From assembly GCA_951812955.1 (NCBI GenBank), contig OX638340.1, forward strand, positions 1,248,001 through 1,312,000: a DNA stretch of 64,000 bases. Direction: 5' to 3'. Origin of the DNA: an uncultured Gemmatimonadota bacterium. Its GTDB lineage: Bacteria > JAAXHH01. The position numbers and the translations under genes were made by a program. This document shows, piece after piece, positions 36,637-46,324 of this stretch. Position 1 is the first letter of the stretch. Every line of letters starts with the position of its first letter. The notes under the pieces were generated by a model. The model had not been told where the DNA came from. It did not search any database and worked only from the letters and a program-made list of their open reading frames with translations.

Positions 36637-39600
36637 CGTATACCTTACCCCAATCTGGACCTGCCACCTGGATGAGAGGTTGGTAGTCTGGAACACGTCC
36701 TCACGGTCGATTTTCCCATCTTCGTTGGCGTCCCGGACCCGGAGGTCCAGGTCCGGCCTGCCCTGTTCGTCGTATCCGTCGAAATTGAACAGGCCTGCGG
36801 CGTCGAACAGCACGTAGCGGCTCTGACCCCAGGCGCCGTTGATCAGGTTGGCCAGGTTCAACACGTCCAGCGTCAATTCGAAGTGGTGGGTCCGAATCGA
36901 GGGCAGTTCCTGGATCAGGCGCAGGTCCAACCGGTTTCGCCACGGCGAGCGGGACGCGTTGCGTTTGACGATGGCGCCCCGGGCCGCGCGCAAAACGGGA
37001 TCGGAATCGACAAAAGCGTCGATCGCCCTCCACTCGTCGTCGGTTACCATTGCGCTGACGTCGCTCCTGCTCGCCGGGATGTAGGCGAGGTCGTTGCCCC
37101 TTATGCCGTCGCCGTTCACGTCGTCGGCGTACATGTAGCTGTAGGGATCTCCCGCGCTGCCTTCGTAAAAGAGGGAGAGCGTCGTGGCGAGTCCCCGTCC
37201 GAATTCGTATTTCCATGACCCGGTGGCCAGGACCCGGTGACGGACTTCGAAATCGGACGTTGCGGTCGTCTCGCCGTTGGGGTCGTCGGTCTCGTTGTAC
37301 TGCCAGTTGGAGATGGCGCGGCTGGACCGTCCGCTGTTGACGTCCTCGGCGTCCTGGAACACGTAGGCGACGCTTCCGAAGAGCCCGGGCAGAAAGGACG
37401 CGTTCCCTCTCTTGCGTAGGCGCAGTGTCAGGTTGAACTGGCGCCCCTTGTCCGTGTTCTCCAGGAGTATGACATTGGTGAAATCGCCGCTGACCGTCTT
37501 CCCAGCGTAGTCGGACCGGCCGTCCGGAGTCCTTCCCGTCGGGCGGCCGTTGTCGCCGATGTTGAGGTTGCGGAAACGGACCTCGTCGATGTTACGGGCA
37601 AGCAGGAGTTCCACGGTTCCGACCAGATCCAGGGGCAGTCTGCGGTCGAGGGCGAGGTTGGCGCGAAAAACCCGGGGCAGCCGAAATTCCGGGTCGATGA
37701 CGTTTACCTCCGAGGTCTCGGGCGCGTCGAGACGGCCATCCAGCGGAAGCGGTTGCGCGAAAGGATCCGCCACGAACGCAGGAACGTCCTGGTCCCGGAA
37801 GGATGCAAGATCGATGCGGGTGAAATCCACCCCCGTGTTGCTGTACGCGTTGGAGAGCCAAACGGCCGGCGGCAGCCCCGCGAAAACCCCGCCGCCGCCG
37901 CGGAACTGCGTCCCGCGGTCCCCTCCCGCGTCGAAGTTGAACCCGAAGCGCGGCGACCAGAGGATCCGGCCGCCCGGAGTCCGGTCCGTCCGATGTCCGG
38001 CGAACTGGCGGGCGAATCGGTCGTTGGACAGAGGTTTGTCCGGCAGGATCGGCACTTCGGCCCGCAATCCGAATTTCACGCTGAGCCGAGGACTGATCCG
38101 CCAATTGTCCTGCGCGTAGAATCCCATCTGCACGTAGTCCCACGCGGCGCGGGGCTGTTCGACGCCGGGCACCATAGATCGGCTAAGGAGGTAGCGGGTA
38201 GGCTCACCACGCTCAAAGGCCTCGATGCCGTCGAACTCGTAGGCGCCGTAGTAGTCCTGAATGAACAGGTTGTCGAAAGAAATGAACTCGTTGTGCGTGC
38301 CGATCGTTATGGTATGATCCGCCCTGAACAGGTGAAGGTCGTTGGTGAATTCGAAGGTGTCCTGGTTCAGCGCGTTGGCCTGGGAGAACCGCTCCACGCC
38401 AAGCCGGACCTCGCCGAGGAACGCTCCGCCTGCCTCTTCGAGGTCGATCTGTACCTGGGGGAAGGTGCCGGACAGCGGCGACCTGCTGTCCCGCACGCGG
38501 CTGTAGGACAACCGAGCTTCATTGGCCAGGCTGCCGGAGAAAGTGCTGTTGAGTTGCGCGACCGTGGACTGGGTGACGTTATCGCGTGTAAACTGGTTGC
38601 TGGTCAGTGTAAAGATTGTGCGACCCCGGCGCAATCCGTCGTCCAGGTCGCCGGTTACATAGTTGTGGCGCAGGGTGAGCCGGTGCCTGGAAGACAGGTT
38701 GACGTCAAGCCGCCCGAAGAATTTCTCATTACGCGTGCGCTGAGAAAAGGGATCGAATCCCCCGGCATCATAGCCGTAATTGTCGCGGGCGATGTCCACG
38801 ATTTGCTGAAGGGCAGCCGACCCGGCGCCGAAACGGATGGGCTGGCCTGAATCCGCGGGACCGACGCTCGAAGGACTTGCACGCCGCCGCAGTTCACCGT
38901 TGATGAAGAAGAAAACCCGGTTGGTGACCAACGGTCCACCAAGCCGAAAACCAAGCTGATAGTCGGCAAAATCTCCGAATTTGTCGCCTTCCAGGTCCCC
39001 CACCAGGGATTCGTTCCGGCCGAAATAGTACAGGGAGCCGCGGAACCGGTTCGTTCCACTGCGCGTTACCGCGTTGATGAGCCCGCCCGCGAATCCACCC
39101 GAACGGACGTCAAAGGGCGCCACCTGGACCTGAAACTCTTCGATGGCATCGAGGCTGATCAGCTGGGCATTCACCTGCCCTGTGGGCAGACCCTCGTTCG
39201 ACAGCCCGAAGGCATCGTTCAGCACGGCGCCGTCCACCTGGAAGTTGTTCATGCGGTTGTTCTTACCCGCGATACTTTGCCCGCCGGCTTTCGACGCCGC
39301 TTCAGGCGCCAGCCGGGTATAGTCCTGTATGCTCCGGGCAATGGATGGCAGCCGGGCGATTTCGTTGGCCGTGACGTGGGTCTCGGTTCCGATGTTCGAT
39401 GCGTTGAGCACCTCGTCCCTGTGGGCTGTGACGACGACTGCCTCGGTCTCGATGACGTCCTCGCGCAACCCGAAGTTCACACGCAGGTTCTGCCCCATCG
39501 ACAGGGTTACATCCCGGCGGACAGCGGTTTGATATCCGATATAACTGACTCGTATCTCGTACGGACCGCCGGTCCTGAGTCCCGCAATGTTGTACCGCCC

Positions 39601-39792
39601 GTCGGCACGGGAAAACACGCCTGAAGAGACTCCCGTGGGCTCATGCAGGGCGATCACGGTGGCGTCAGGGAGCGGCGCACCATTGTCATCCAGAATCCTG
39701 CCGTTGAGCGTCGCGGTTGTAATGCCCTGCGCGTTGACCAGGGTCGATGTGGGAAGGACCAGAATCAGAATAGTTCGGAGCAAGATACGCAT
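36631..39792 (-). CDS. TonB-dependent receptor with N-terminal carboxypeptidase-regulatory-like domain
   Basis: Signal peptide MRILLRTILILVLPTSTLVNAQG. TLNGRILDDNGAPLPDATV...RYNIAGL (CarbopepD_reg). Plug (TAHRDEVLNASNIGTETHV). 1053 aa ending ...WQVQIGVRYTF (C-terminal Phe). Confidence 0.9.
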   Translation of the reverse strand: MRILLRTILILVLPTSTLVNAQGITTATLNGRILDDNGAPLPDATVIALHEPTGVSSGVFSRADGRYNIAGLRTGGPYEIRVSYIGYQTAVRRDVTLSMGQNLRVNFGLREDVIETEAVVVTAHRDEVLNASNIGTETHVTANEIARLPSIARSIQDYTRLAPEAASKAGGQSIAGKNNRMNNFQVDGAVLNDAFGLSNEGLPTGQVNAQLISLDAIEEFQVQVAPFDVRSGGFAGGLINAVTRSGTNRFRGSLYYFGRNESLVGDLEGDKFGDFADYQLGFRLGGPLVTNRVFFFINGELRRRASPSSVGPADSGQPIRFGAGSAALQQIVDIARDNYGYDAGGFDPFSQRTRNEKFFGRLDVNLSSRHRLTLRHNYVTGDLDDGLRRGRTIFTLTSNQFTRDNVTQSTVAQLNSTFSGSLANEARLSYSRVRDSRSPLSGTFPQVQIDLEEAGGAFLGEVRLGVERFSQANALNQDTFEFTNDLHLFRADHTITIGTHNEFISFDNLFIQDYYGAYEFDGIEAFERGEPTRYLLSRSMVPGVEQPRAAWDYVQMGFYAQDNWRISPRLSVKFGLRAEVPILPDKPLSNDRFARQFAGHRTDRTPGGRILWSPRFGFNFDAGGDRGTQFRGGGGVFAGLPPAVWLSNAYSNTGVDFTRIDLASFRDQDVPAFVADPFAQPLPLDGRLDAPETSEVNVIDPEFRLPRVFRANLALDRRLPLDLVGTVELLLARNIDEVRFRNLNIGDNGRPTGRTPDGRSDYAGKTVSGDFTNVILLENTDKGRQFNLTLRLRKRGNASFLPGLFGSVAYVFQDAEDVNSGRSSRAISNWQYNETDDPNGETTATSDFEVRHRVLATGSWKYEFGRGLATTLSLFYEGSAGDPYSYMYADDVNGDGIRGNDLAYIPASRSDVSAMVTDDEWRAIDAFVDSDPVLRAARGAIVKRNASRSPWRNRLDLRLIQELPSIRTHHFELTLDVLNLANLINGAWGQSRYVLFDAAGLFNFDGYDEQGRPDLDLRVRDANEDGKIDREDVFQTTNLSSRWQVQIGVRYTF

Positions 39793-39915
39793 GGCTGGTT
39801 ATGTCCCGGATCGATAAATCGTTGCACAATATCACGAATGTCGAATATAATACCCCACAAGCCTGAAAACGACACGGAACTTCGATGCGCTTTCGTAAAA
39901 TGGCAAATCGGTGCC

Positions 39916-40029
39916 GGTCACACAGAGCCTGGCCGCCTGTCACACAGAACCTGGCCGCCGGTCACGCAGAGCCCGGCTTCATGTCATGTACAGCCGACCT
40001 CATGTCACGTATAGCCCGACCTCCTGACC
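39916..40029. repeat. 22-bp tandem repeat x5 (ggtcacacagagcctggccgcc), each unit beginning (T/G)GTCA(C/T)
   Basis: Read directly. Lies in the divergent intergenic region between the TonB-dependent receptor (minus) and uxuA (plus); the last copy is ~40 bp upstream of the uxuA ATG. Confidence 0.8.
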
Positions 40030-40065
40030 AGTCCTATAGGTCGTATACCAGAAAAGGAGCCTGCC

Positions 40066-41076
40066 ATGGCGTTGATGGAAATTGAACCCGGTCTCAAGAT
40101 CGCGGGTCAGATGTCTCCCGAACCGACGCGGGAAGACCTGGAGTTCGCCCAGCAGTTGGGCATAGAATACGTCTGTCTGTGGACGGACGGTGAACACGCG
40201 AACTACGACTATTTCATGAGCCGCAGGGAGATCTACGAGGAAGCAGGCATCAAGATCTACGGATTCGGCAACAGCGACGTGCACAACCAGGATGCCATTG
40301 TGCTCAACCTGCCGAACCGGGACGCGAAAGTGGAGCAGTACAAGAGATACATTCGCGACCTCGGCAGGGCGGGCATCCCCTATACGACGTACGCACACAT
40401 GGGCAACGGAATCTGGAGCACGGAGCGGGAGACCACCCGCGGCGGCGCCCCGGCCCGGGGTTTCGACCTGGCCAGCGCCGAGGAGGGGCACTGGGGCGGC
40501 CGGTTGTTCAGGATGCCGCTGACCCACGGACGAGTGTACAGCGAGGACGAAATATGGGACAATTTCGCCCATTTCGTCGGTGAAGTCGCGCCCGTCGCCG
40601 AAGAGGCCGGCGTCCGGATCGGCATTCATCCGGACGATCCTCCCCAGCCGGAACTCGGCGGCATTCCGCGGTGTATTTTCAGCAGTTTCGACGGCTATTA
40701 CCGGGCCATGGAGATCGCCGACAGCCCGAACGTGGGGCTCTGCTTCTGTATCGGCTGCTGGCTAGAGGGCGGATCGCTGATGGGCAGGGGCGTGGAAGAT
40801 TCGCTGCGACATTTCGGCGAACAGGGCAAGGTCTTCAAGGTCCACTACCGCAACGTGGACCAGCCGCTGCCTCATTTCGTGGAGACCTTCATCGATAACG
40901 GATATTTCGACATGTACCAGGCCGCGCGGGTCCTGGAAGAAACCGGCTTCTACGGGGTCATGATTCCTGATCACATTCCCGAGATGGCGGGAGACGGCCG
41001 GATCGGCTACGCCTACTCGATCGCGTACATGAAGGCGCACGCGGACCGGGCGAGAGCGGAATGCGCCGCCGCGTAA
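40066..41076 (+). CDS. uxuA: D-mannonate dehydratase
   Basis: VAEEAGVRIGIHPDDPP matches UxuA VAEEVGVRMAVHPDDPP, plus overall xylose-isomerase-like TIM-barrel blocks. AAGGAG RBS. Confidence 0.85.
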   Translation: MALMEIEPGLKIAGQMSPEPTREDLEFAQQLGIEYVCLWTDGEHANYDYFMSRREIYEEAGIKIYGFGNSDVHNQDAIVLNLPNRDAKVEQYKRYIRDLGRAGIPYTTYAHMGNGIWSTERETTRGGAPARGFDLASAEEGHWGGRLFRMPLTHGRVYSEDEIWDNFAHFVGEVAPVAEEAGVRIGIHPDDPPQPELGGIPRCIFSSFDGYYRAMEIADSPNVGLCFCIGCWLEGGSLMGRGVEDSLRHFGEQGKVFKVHYRNVDQPLPHFVETFIDNGYFDMYQAARVLEETGFYGVMIPDHIPEMAGDGRIGYAYSIAYMKAHADRARAECAAA

Positions 41077-41119
41077 GTGTATAGCGGGCCGGGCGAGAGC
41101 AAAGTGCGCCGCCGCGTAA
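41046..41119. repeat. spaced direct repeat (~31 bp x2): uxuA 3' terminus plus TAA duplicated ~43 bp downstream
   Basis: cgggcgagagcggaatgcgccgccgcgtaag versus cgggcgagagcaaagtgcgccgccgcgtaag. Confidence 0.6.
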
Positions 41120-41168
41120 GCGTAAACGACTGTTCCTGACCTTGTCCGAGGAAGGACCGGCGCGCGTC

Positions 41169-42053
41169 ATGGACGAACTGAACGACTTCCTTACCCACCT
41201 GATCATCGAACGTGGGCTGTCGCCGAACAGCTACGAGGCGTACCGCCGCGACCTGACTTCCTACAAGGATCACCTCGACCGGCGGGGGATCGCTTCCTTC
41301 TCGGTTGCGACGCGTCAGGACGTCCAGGGATTCATCGCATACCTGCGCCGGCGCGGCCTCGCGCCTTCGAGCATCGCGCGGCACGTATCGGCGGTCCGGA
41401 TTTTCCACCGATTCCTCATCGGTGAAGGGCTGGCCACGGCCGATCCGACCGAACACGTCAGGGTGCCCAAGCAGCCCCGGCGCCTTCCCGTCGTCCTGAA
41501 CCGGGAGGAGATCGGGAAGTTGCTCGAGCAGCCGGACCATACGACGTCGCTGGGACTGCGCGACCGGGCGATCCTCGAATTCATGTATGCTACCGGCCTG
41601 CGCGCGTCCGAGTTGCTGGATTTCAGGAGGCCCGATCTGCTCTTTGAATCGGGATTGGCGCGCATCTTTGGGAAGGGCGGCAAGGAGCGGCTGGTACCCG
41701 TGGGCCGCCAGGCGATCAACCTGATCAGGAACTACCTGCACAAGGTGCGTCCCGCCCTGGCCTCATCGAACAGCGGCGAGGTGCTCTTCCTGAACGCCCG
41801 GGGAGGCCGGCTGTCCCGCATGGGCCTGTGGAAGATCATGGATACCTACGTGGAGCTCGCCGGTTTCGAAAAGAAAGTCAGTCCCCATACCATGCGCCAT
41901 TCCTTCGCCACCCATCTCCTGGAGGGCGGCGCCGATCTCCGCGCCGTCCAGGAAATGCTGGGTCACGTGGACATCGCCACGACGCAGATCTACACCCACG
42001 TGGACCGCAAATACCTCAAGGATGTGTACGCCCGGTACCATCCCCGGGGTTGA
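41169..42053 (+). CDS. xerD: tyrosine recombinase XerD
   Basis: LRDRAILEFMYATGLRASELLDF, HTMRHSFATHLLEGGADLRAVQEMLGHVDIATTQIYTHV (R..HxxR..Y catalytic tetrad/tyrosine). The ORF-track start at 41142 is TTG; ATG at 41169 preferred. Confidence 0.85.
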   Translation: MDELNDFLTHLIIERGLSPNSYEAYRRDLTSYKDHLDRRGIASFSVATRQDVQGFIAYLRRRGLAPSSIARHVSAVRIFHRFLIGEGLATADPTEHVRVPKQPRRLPVVLNREEIGKLLEQPDHTTSLGLRDRAILEFMYATGLRASELLDFRRPDLLFESGLARIFGKGGKERLVPVGRQAINLIRNYLHKVRPALASSNSGEVLFLNARGGRLSRMGLWKIMDTYVELAGFEKKVSPHTMRHSFATHLLEGGADLRAVQEMLGHVDIATTQIYTHVDRKYLKDVYARYHPRG

Positions 42054-42084
42054 TTCGCTGGGTGGGAACGAAACGTCTACGCAG

Positions 42085-43683
42085 TCATTTCGATTTGCTT
42101 CTGAATAGTACTGCGGTCCCGCCGCCCGCCAGGTAAGCCGCGGCGACGGCGAGTACGCAGCAGAAAAGGGCGAAGACATCACCGTACCGGGTGTAGAACG
42201 TGGGACCACTCCGGTTGGGATGGACTTCCGCGACCGTGGTCGTCGCTACCATCATGGGCGTGGTACCATACACCTCGCCGGTGGACGATATGAACCCCGA
42301 TATGCCGGTGTTCGCCGCTCGGATGACGGGCATGCCGTTTTCCACGGCGCGCAGCACCGCCATGGAAAAATGCTGGGCAGGCGCGGATGAAGTCCCGAAC
42401 CAGGCGTCATTGGTCATGACCACGAGCACGTTGGCGCCGTTCAGCGGGAATCTACGGACCAGGTCCGGGAAGATGGATTCGTAGCAGATGACCGTACCGA
42501 TATGCATATCGAGACCGCTGAGGGGCATAACGGTCAGTTCGTCACCGGGCGTCAGATCGCCGATCGCGCCGGTCAACCCGGCAAGAAAGGAGAACAGACT
42601 CGGCATAGGCAGGTATTCGCCGAAGGGCACCAGGTGCATCTTGCTGTAGGAGCTGACGATCCCACGTTCTGGCAGCAGCAGGAAGGCACTGTTTAAGATG
42701 TCTCTTTCGCCCGAACGGAATCCCAGCGCGCCGGTAAGCATCGGCACCCCGGCCTCCTCGGTCAACGCATGCACCTGGTCATTGAACTGCTGATAGACCG
42801 GGCTTTCCAGGTAGAAGGTCATCGCCGTCTCGGGAAACACGATGAACTCGGGCTCCTGGGGCAGCACGGACCGGGTCAGGTCCCGGTACACGTCCACGGT
42901 CTGCTGGATGATGGATTCCGACCACTTCATGCCCTGTTCCTTGCTTCCCTGGACGACGGCCACCTTGACCGGGGGCGTCATTCGTTCCACGCCCCGCGCC
43001 TGCGAGATCGACCACCAGCCGAATCCCGTCGCGCCGATTACGGCCAACCAGGCCAGCGACATGGCGAACACCAGAGCGCGCCAGGTGGTGCGCTCGCGAA
43101 GGGCAATGAATACCATGGCCAGCGTCGCATTCAGCAGCATGACCAGGAAACTGACGCCGTAGACACCCGTGAATTTCGCGATCTGTATGACGGGAAGGAC
43201 CTGGTGCTGAGAGTAACCCAGCAGTTCCCAGGGAAATCCCGTGAAAAGGTAGGTCTGAATGTATTCCAGGGCCGTCCACAGGGCGGCCGCGGACAACGGG
43301 AACAGGGGGGACTTCCAGTCGGCCCGCGCCGCGAATATACCGAAAATGAGGGCATACAGGGCGACGACGAGGGCCACGCCCGCCATGCTGACCAGACCCA
43401 GCGCCAGGTTCAGGCCGCCGTAATTCATGACGGTTTCCATGATCCAGTATACCTTGGCGACGCCTGACAGAAACGCGAATGCCAGGGCGATCAAAACCAC
43501 CCTTGACATGGCGCCGTTCCGGCCGGCGTCGTGCAGGGCAATCATGACCGGCACGAACGCGATCCAGGCCAGGGGCCACCAGTCTACCTTGGGAATGCTG
43601 AGGAAGATGAACAGTGCGGAACAGCAAGCGAGCCCGAACCCGGCTATGGGCGATGCGGCGTGTAGTCGCTGAAGCAGGACCAT
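42085..43683 (-). CDS. lnt: apolipoprotein N-acyltransferase
   Basis: N-terminal polytopic membrane domain plus CN-hydrolase domain (VKVAVVQG..., FPETA, ICYESIFPDL catalytic Cys block). Confidence 0.85.
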   Translation of the reverse strand: MVLLQRLHAASPIAGFGLACCSALFIFLSIPKVDWWPLAWIAFVPVMIALHDAGRNGAMSRVVLIALAFAFLSGVAKVYWIMETVMNYGGLNLALGLVSMAGVALVVALYALIFGIFAARADWKSPLFPLSAAALWTALEYIQTYLFTGFPWELLGYSQHQVLPVIQIAKFTGVYGVSFLVMLLNATLAMVFIALRERTTWRALVFAMSLAWLAVIGATGFGWWSISQARGVERMTPPVKVAVVQGSKEQGMKWSESIIQQTVDVYRDLTRSVLPQEPEFIVFPETAMTFYLESPVYQQFNDQVHALTEEAGVPMLTGALGFRSGERDILNSAFLLLPERGIVSSYSKMHLVPFGEYLPMPSLFSFLAGLTGAIGDLTPGDELTVMPLSGLDMHIGTVICYESIFPDLVRRFPLNGANVLVVMTNDAWFGTSSAPAQHFSMAVLRAVENGMPVIRAANTGISGFISSTGEVYGTTPMMVATTTVAEVHPNRSGPTFYTRYGDVFALFCCVLAVAAAYLAGGGTAVLFRSKSK

Positions 43684-43944
43684 GGAGGTTTTCTCTGCGG
43701 GATAAATGCGTCGTTTTAAGTGACTGAAATCAACACGCAATACGGTAGACTGTCAACTTAAAGAAGCGGTGTTCGCCGGGGATGCCGGAGTCAAAGGGGT
43801 TGACTGTTCGCCGTGCCGACAACTACATTCCTGCCGGCGTCCGGCCGGGGCGATCCGCCGCCGAAAGGGCCATGCCAATCCGTCCGGCGGCACGCACCGG
43901 ATCGTCGGGACTACAGCAGGCAGGATGGCACGGAGTATCTGCAC

Positions 43945-44931
43945 TTGGACCCCTTGCGAATAGCCGTAATCGGTGTCGGACGGCTCGGTGAAGCCCATGC
44001 CCGGGTGCTGGCGGGAATGCCCGGCGTGAAGCTTTCCGGCGTGTACGACATACGGGAAGATCGCGCGGAGGAGGTCGCGCGTCGCTACGGCACGAATGCG
44101 CTCGACAGCCTGTCGCGTGCCACGGAGGAATCGGACGCTGTCACCGTGGTCGTACCCACCACCGCGCACTACGAGGTGGCGTCATTCGTCCTGTCCCGGG
44201 GCATGCATACCTTCGTAGAGAAGCCGATCACCGCCACCGTGGAGGAAGCCGACCGGCTGATCGAACTGGCGGACACCGGGGACCTGGTGCTTCAGGTCGG
44301 ACACATCGAACGGTTCAACGGCGCCTTCCTCGCCCTCGAGGGCATGGACATATCGCCAGGTTTCATCGAAGCGCACCGGCTGGCCTCCTTCGACCCCAGG
44401 GGAACGGACGTGTCCGTCGTCCACGACCTGATGATCCACGATATCGATCTCATCCTGCGTCTCGTCAAATCGGACCTGGAGTCGGTGGACGCCACGGGTG
44501 TCGCCGTGATTTCCAACCAGGTAGACATCGCCAACGCCCGCATGCGGTTCGCCGACGGATGCGTGGCCAACGTCACGGCCAGCCGCATCTCGCTGAAAAA
44601 GATGCGCAAAATGCGTATCTTCCTGCGCGATCATTATGTTTCGATGGACTTTCTGGCGGGCGAAAGTGAGATATACCGATTGTTAGACGATCCCGGTCAG
44701 GCCGGGAAGCGGGGTTTGAAAATACCCGTCCAGACCGGTGATGGACGAACACGGCATATCACGCGGCAGAAGACTTCGAAGAAGCGGAACGAGCCGTTGA
44801 AATCGGAACTCGCCTCCTTCGTCGCGGCGGTGCGTGGCGAGGCGCCGCCTCCGGTGACCGGCTTCGACGGCCGGGAAGCCCTGCGCGTTTCGCTGGCGGT
44901 AGTCGATCAGATCGACATCAGCAGCCGGTAA
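43945..44931 (+). CDS. Gfo/Idh/MocA-family NAD(P)-dependent oxidoreductase
   Basis: LRIAVIGVGRLGEAHARVL Rossmann N-terminus, EKPI block. No in-frame ATG exists. TTG at ~43945 or ~43954 is placed just before the Rossmann fold (GGAG ~11 nt upstream); the ORF-track GTG at 43813 would add a 44-aa basic extension. Confidence 0.7.
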   Translation: MDPLRIAVIGVGRLGEAHARVLAGMPGVKLSGVYDIREDRAEEVARRYGTNALDSLSRATEESDAVTVVVPTTAHYEVASFVLSRGMHTFVEKPITATVEEADRLIELADTGDLVLQVGHIERFNGAFLALEGMDISPGFIEAHRLASFDPRGTDVSVVHDLMIHDIDLILRLVKSDLESVDATGVAVISNQVDIANARMRFADGCVANVTASRISLKKMRKMRIFLRDHYVSMDFLAGESEIYRLLDDPGQAGKRGLKIPVQTGDGRTRHITRQKTSKKRNEPLKSELASFVAAVRGEAPPPVTGFDGREALRVSLAVVDQIDISSR

Positions 44932-45061
44932 GGCAGGCATCCTCGTACGTTGCGGCGACGAGGTCAGGACTGGCCGGCAGGCATCCTCGTTCATCTCTGC
45001 AACGAGATCCGGTCCCGCCGGCAGACCGGACGAATTAGCAGAAGGAGGACAGACCTTCAGC

Positions 45062-45631
45062 ATGAATATACGCGCCTTCGTCTTCGCTGCACGAAGCTAT
45101 ACGCCCATCCCGCTCGTCGCCGCCGTGCTGGTCATGGCCGAGCCCGGACCGATGACCTTCGTAGGAGGCGGCCTGCTGGTCCTACTCGGGGAATCCATAC
45201 GCCTGTGGGCGGTCGGCTATGCCGGCTCAGCCACCCGTACCCGACACGTTGGCGCGCCTTCGCTCATCACCAACGGTCCTTATGGACGGGTACGCAATCC
45301 GCTATACGTCGGCAACTTCGTGCTGAGTCTCGGCCTATGCATCATGGCTTGGGCCTGGATGCCCTACATGCTCGGAGTTTTCCTTGCCGCCTTCGGTGTG
45401 CAATACGGTCTCATCGTATCGCTGGAGGAAGAAAGCCTGCGAAAAACCTTCGGCGCGCAATACGAAGCGTACCTGACCGAGGTTCCCCGCTTCCTGCCTC
45501 GAATCTCCGAGTACGCCGCGGGCGAACCTGCGACTTACGATTTCGCAGCCGCCCTGCGCAGCGAGAGACGGACTTTCCAGTCCACGGCCGTGGTCATGGC
45601 TGCCATCGCCGCGCGCTGGTATTGGGGTTAG
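45062..45631 (+). CDS. ICMT/PEMT-family membrane methyltransferase (isoprenylcysteine carboxyl methyltransferase-like)
   Basis: LITNGPYGRVRNPLYVGNFVLSLG, EEESLRKTFGAQYEAY, 4-5 TM segments. Confidence 0.7.
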   Translation: MNIRAFVFAARSYTPIPLVAAVLVMAEPGPMTFVGGGLLVLLGESIRLWAVGYAGSATRTRHVGAPSLITNGPYGRVRNPLYVGNFVLSLGLCIMAWAWMPYMLGVFLAAFGVQYGLIVSLEEESLRKTFGAQYEAYLTEVPRFLPRISEYAAGEPATYDFAAALRSERRTFQSTAVVMAAIAARWYWG

Positions 45632-45653
45632 TCCGAGCTAGAGGTTGGCGGCG

Positions 45654-46079
45654 CTACGGATTCTTATCCACGCCGCTCAGGCTGTTCAGGGTCCGTTCAT
45701 GCATCGTGCAACGGATGGTATCGGAGTCCTGGCCGGGCGGGCCGGGCAGTCGGGACGACGCCGATCCGGGTGGATCCTCCGAACCGTCGGTGGCCCCGGC
45801 GTCCTGCTGCTTGACGGATCGCCTTTGTACCGTGACACCCGCGTTCCCGTGTAGGAGGCTGAGCAGAGCGATGAGCGCTACGAGGAGGACGACGGGCCAC
45901 CAGGGTACGCTGAACAGCATGCGGACCGAATCCGATCCGGCGTGGAACAGCAGTCCGTACATGAAGATGGGACCGAGGATAATCAACAAGGCAACCCCCA
46001 CGACGCATATCACTTGCGACCAGGCCGGGTTGCGCTGAAGAAACCTCGATAGTTGCGATATGTCGTGCTTTCTCTTCAT
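45654..46079 (-). CDS. hypothetical small membrane protein (two predicted TM helices)
   Basis: True ATG (MKRKHDISQ...), hydrophobic VICVVGVALLIILGPIFMYGLLF and PWWPVVLLVALIALLSLL. Competing plus-strand ORFs are Arg-rich and shadow-like. Low confidence. Confidence 0.35.
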   Translation of the reverse strand: MKRKHDISQLSRFLQRNPAWSQVICVVGVALLIILGPIFMYGLLFHAGSDSVRMLFSVPWWPVVLLVALIALLSLLHGNAGVTVQRRSVKQQDAGATDGSEDPPGSASSRLPGPPGQDSDTIRCTMHERTLNSLSGVDKNP

Positions 46080-46324
46080 GAGTCGTTCCGTTCGGCGAAT
46101 GGGTTCATTGTCATCGGTTACCCACCTCCCACCAGGGTGGATGCAGGTTAGTTTACGAAGAAAACAATCGGAATCGGCGAAGGTCCGCAGGGGGCCGGTA
46201 CGCACGCCGGTACGTGCGCCGGAACCTCTTGACAATCCCGATCCTCGGACCTACTGTTACAGGTCAAAACTGACACGAACCGCATGAGCAGAGTCGGCCA
46301 ACACGCCAACGTAATGAGGTATCC

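Noticed and set aside
43813-43944. ORF-track GTG start for the Gfo/Idh/MocA gene giving a 44-aa basic N-terminal extension
   Set aside because: The Rossmann GxGxxG begins immediately after a TTG at ~43945-43954, as is usual for this family. The extension has no RBS at suitable distance. It is kept only as an alternative.
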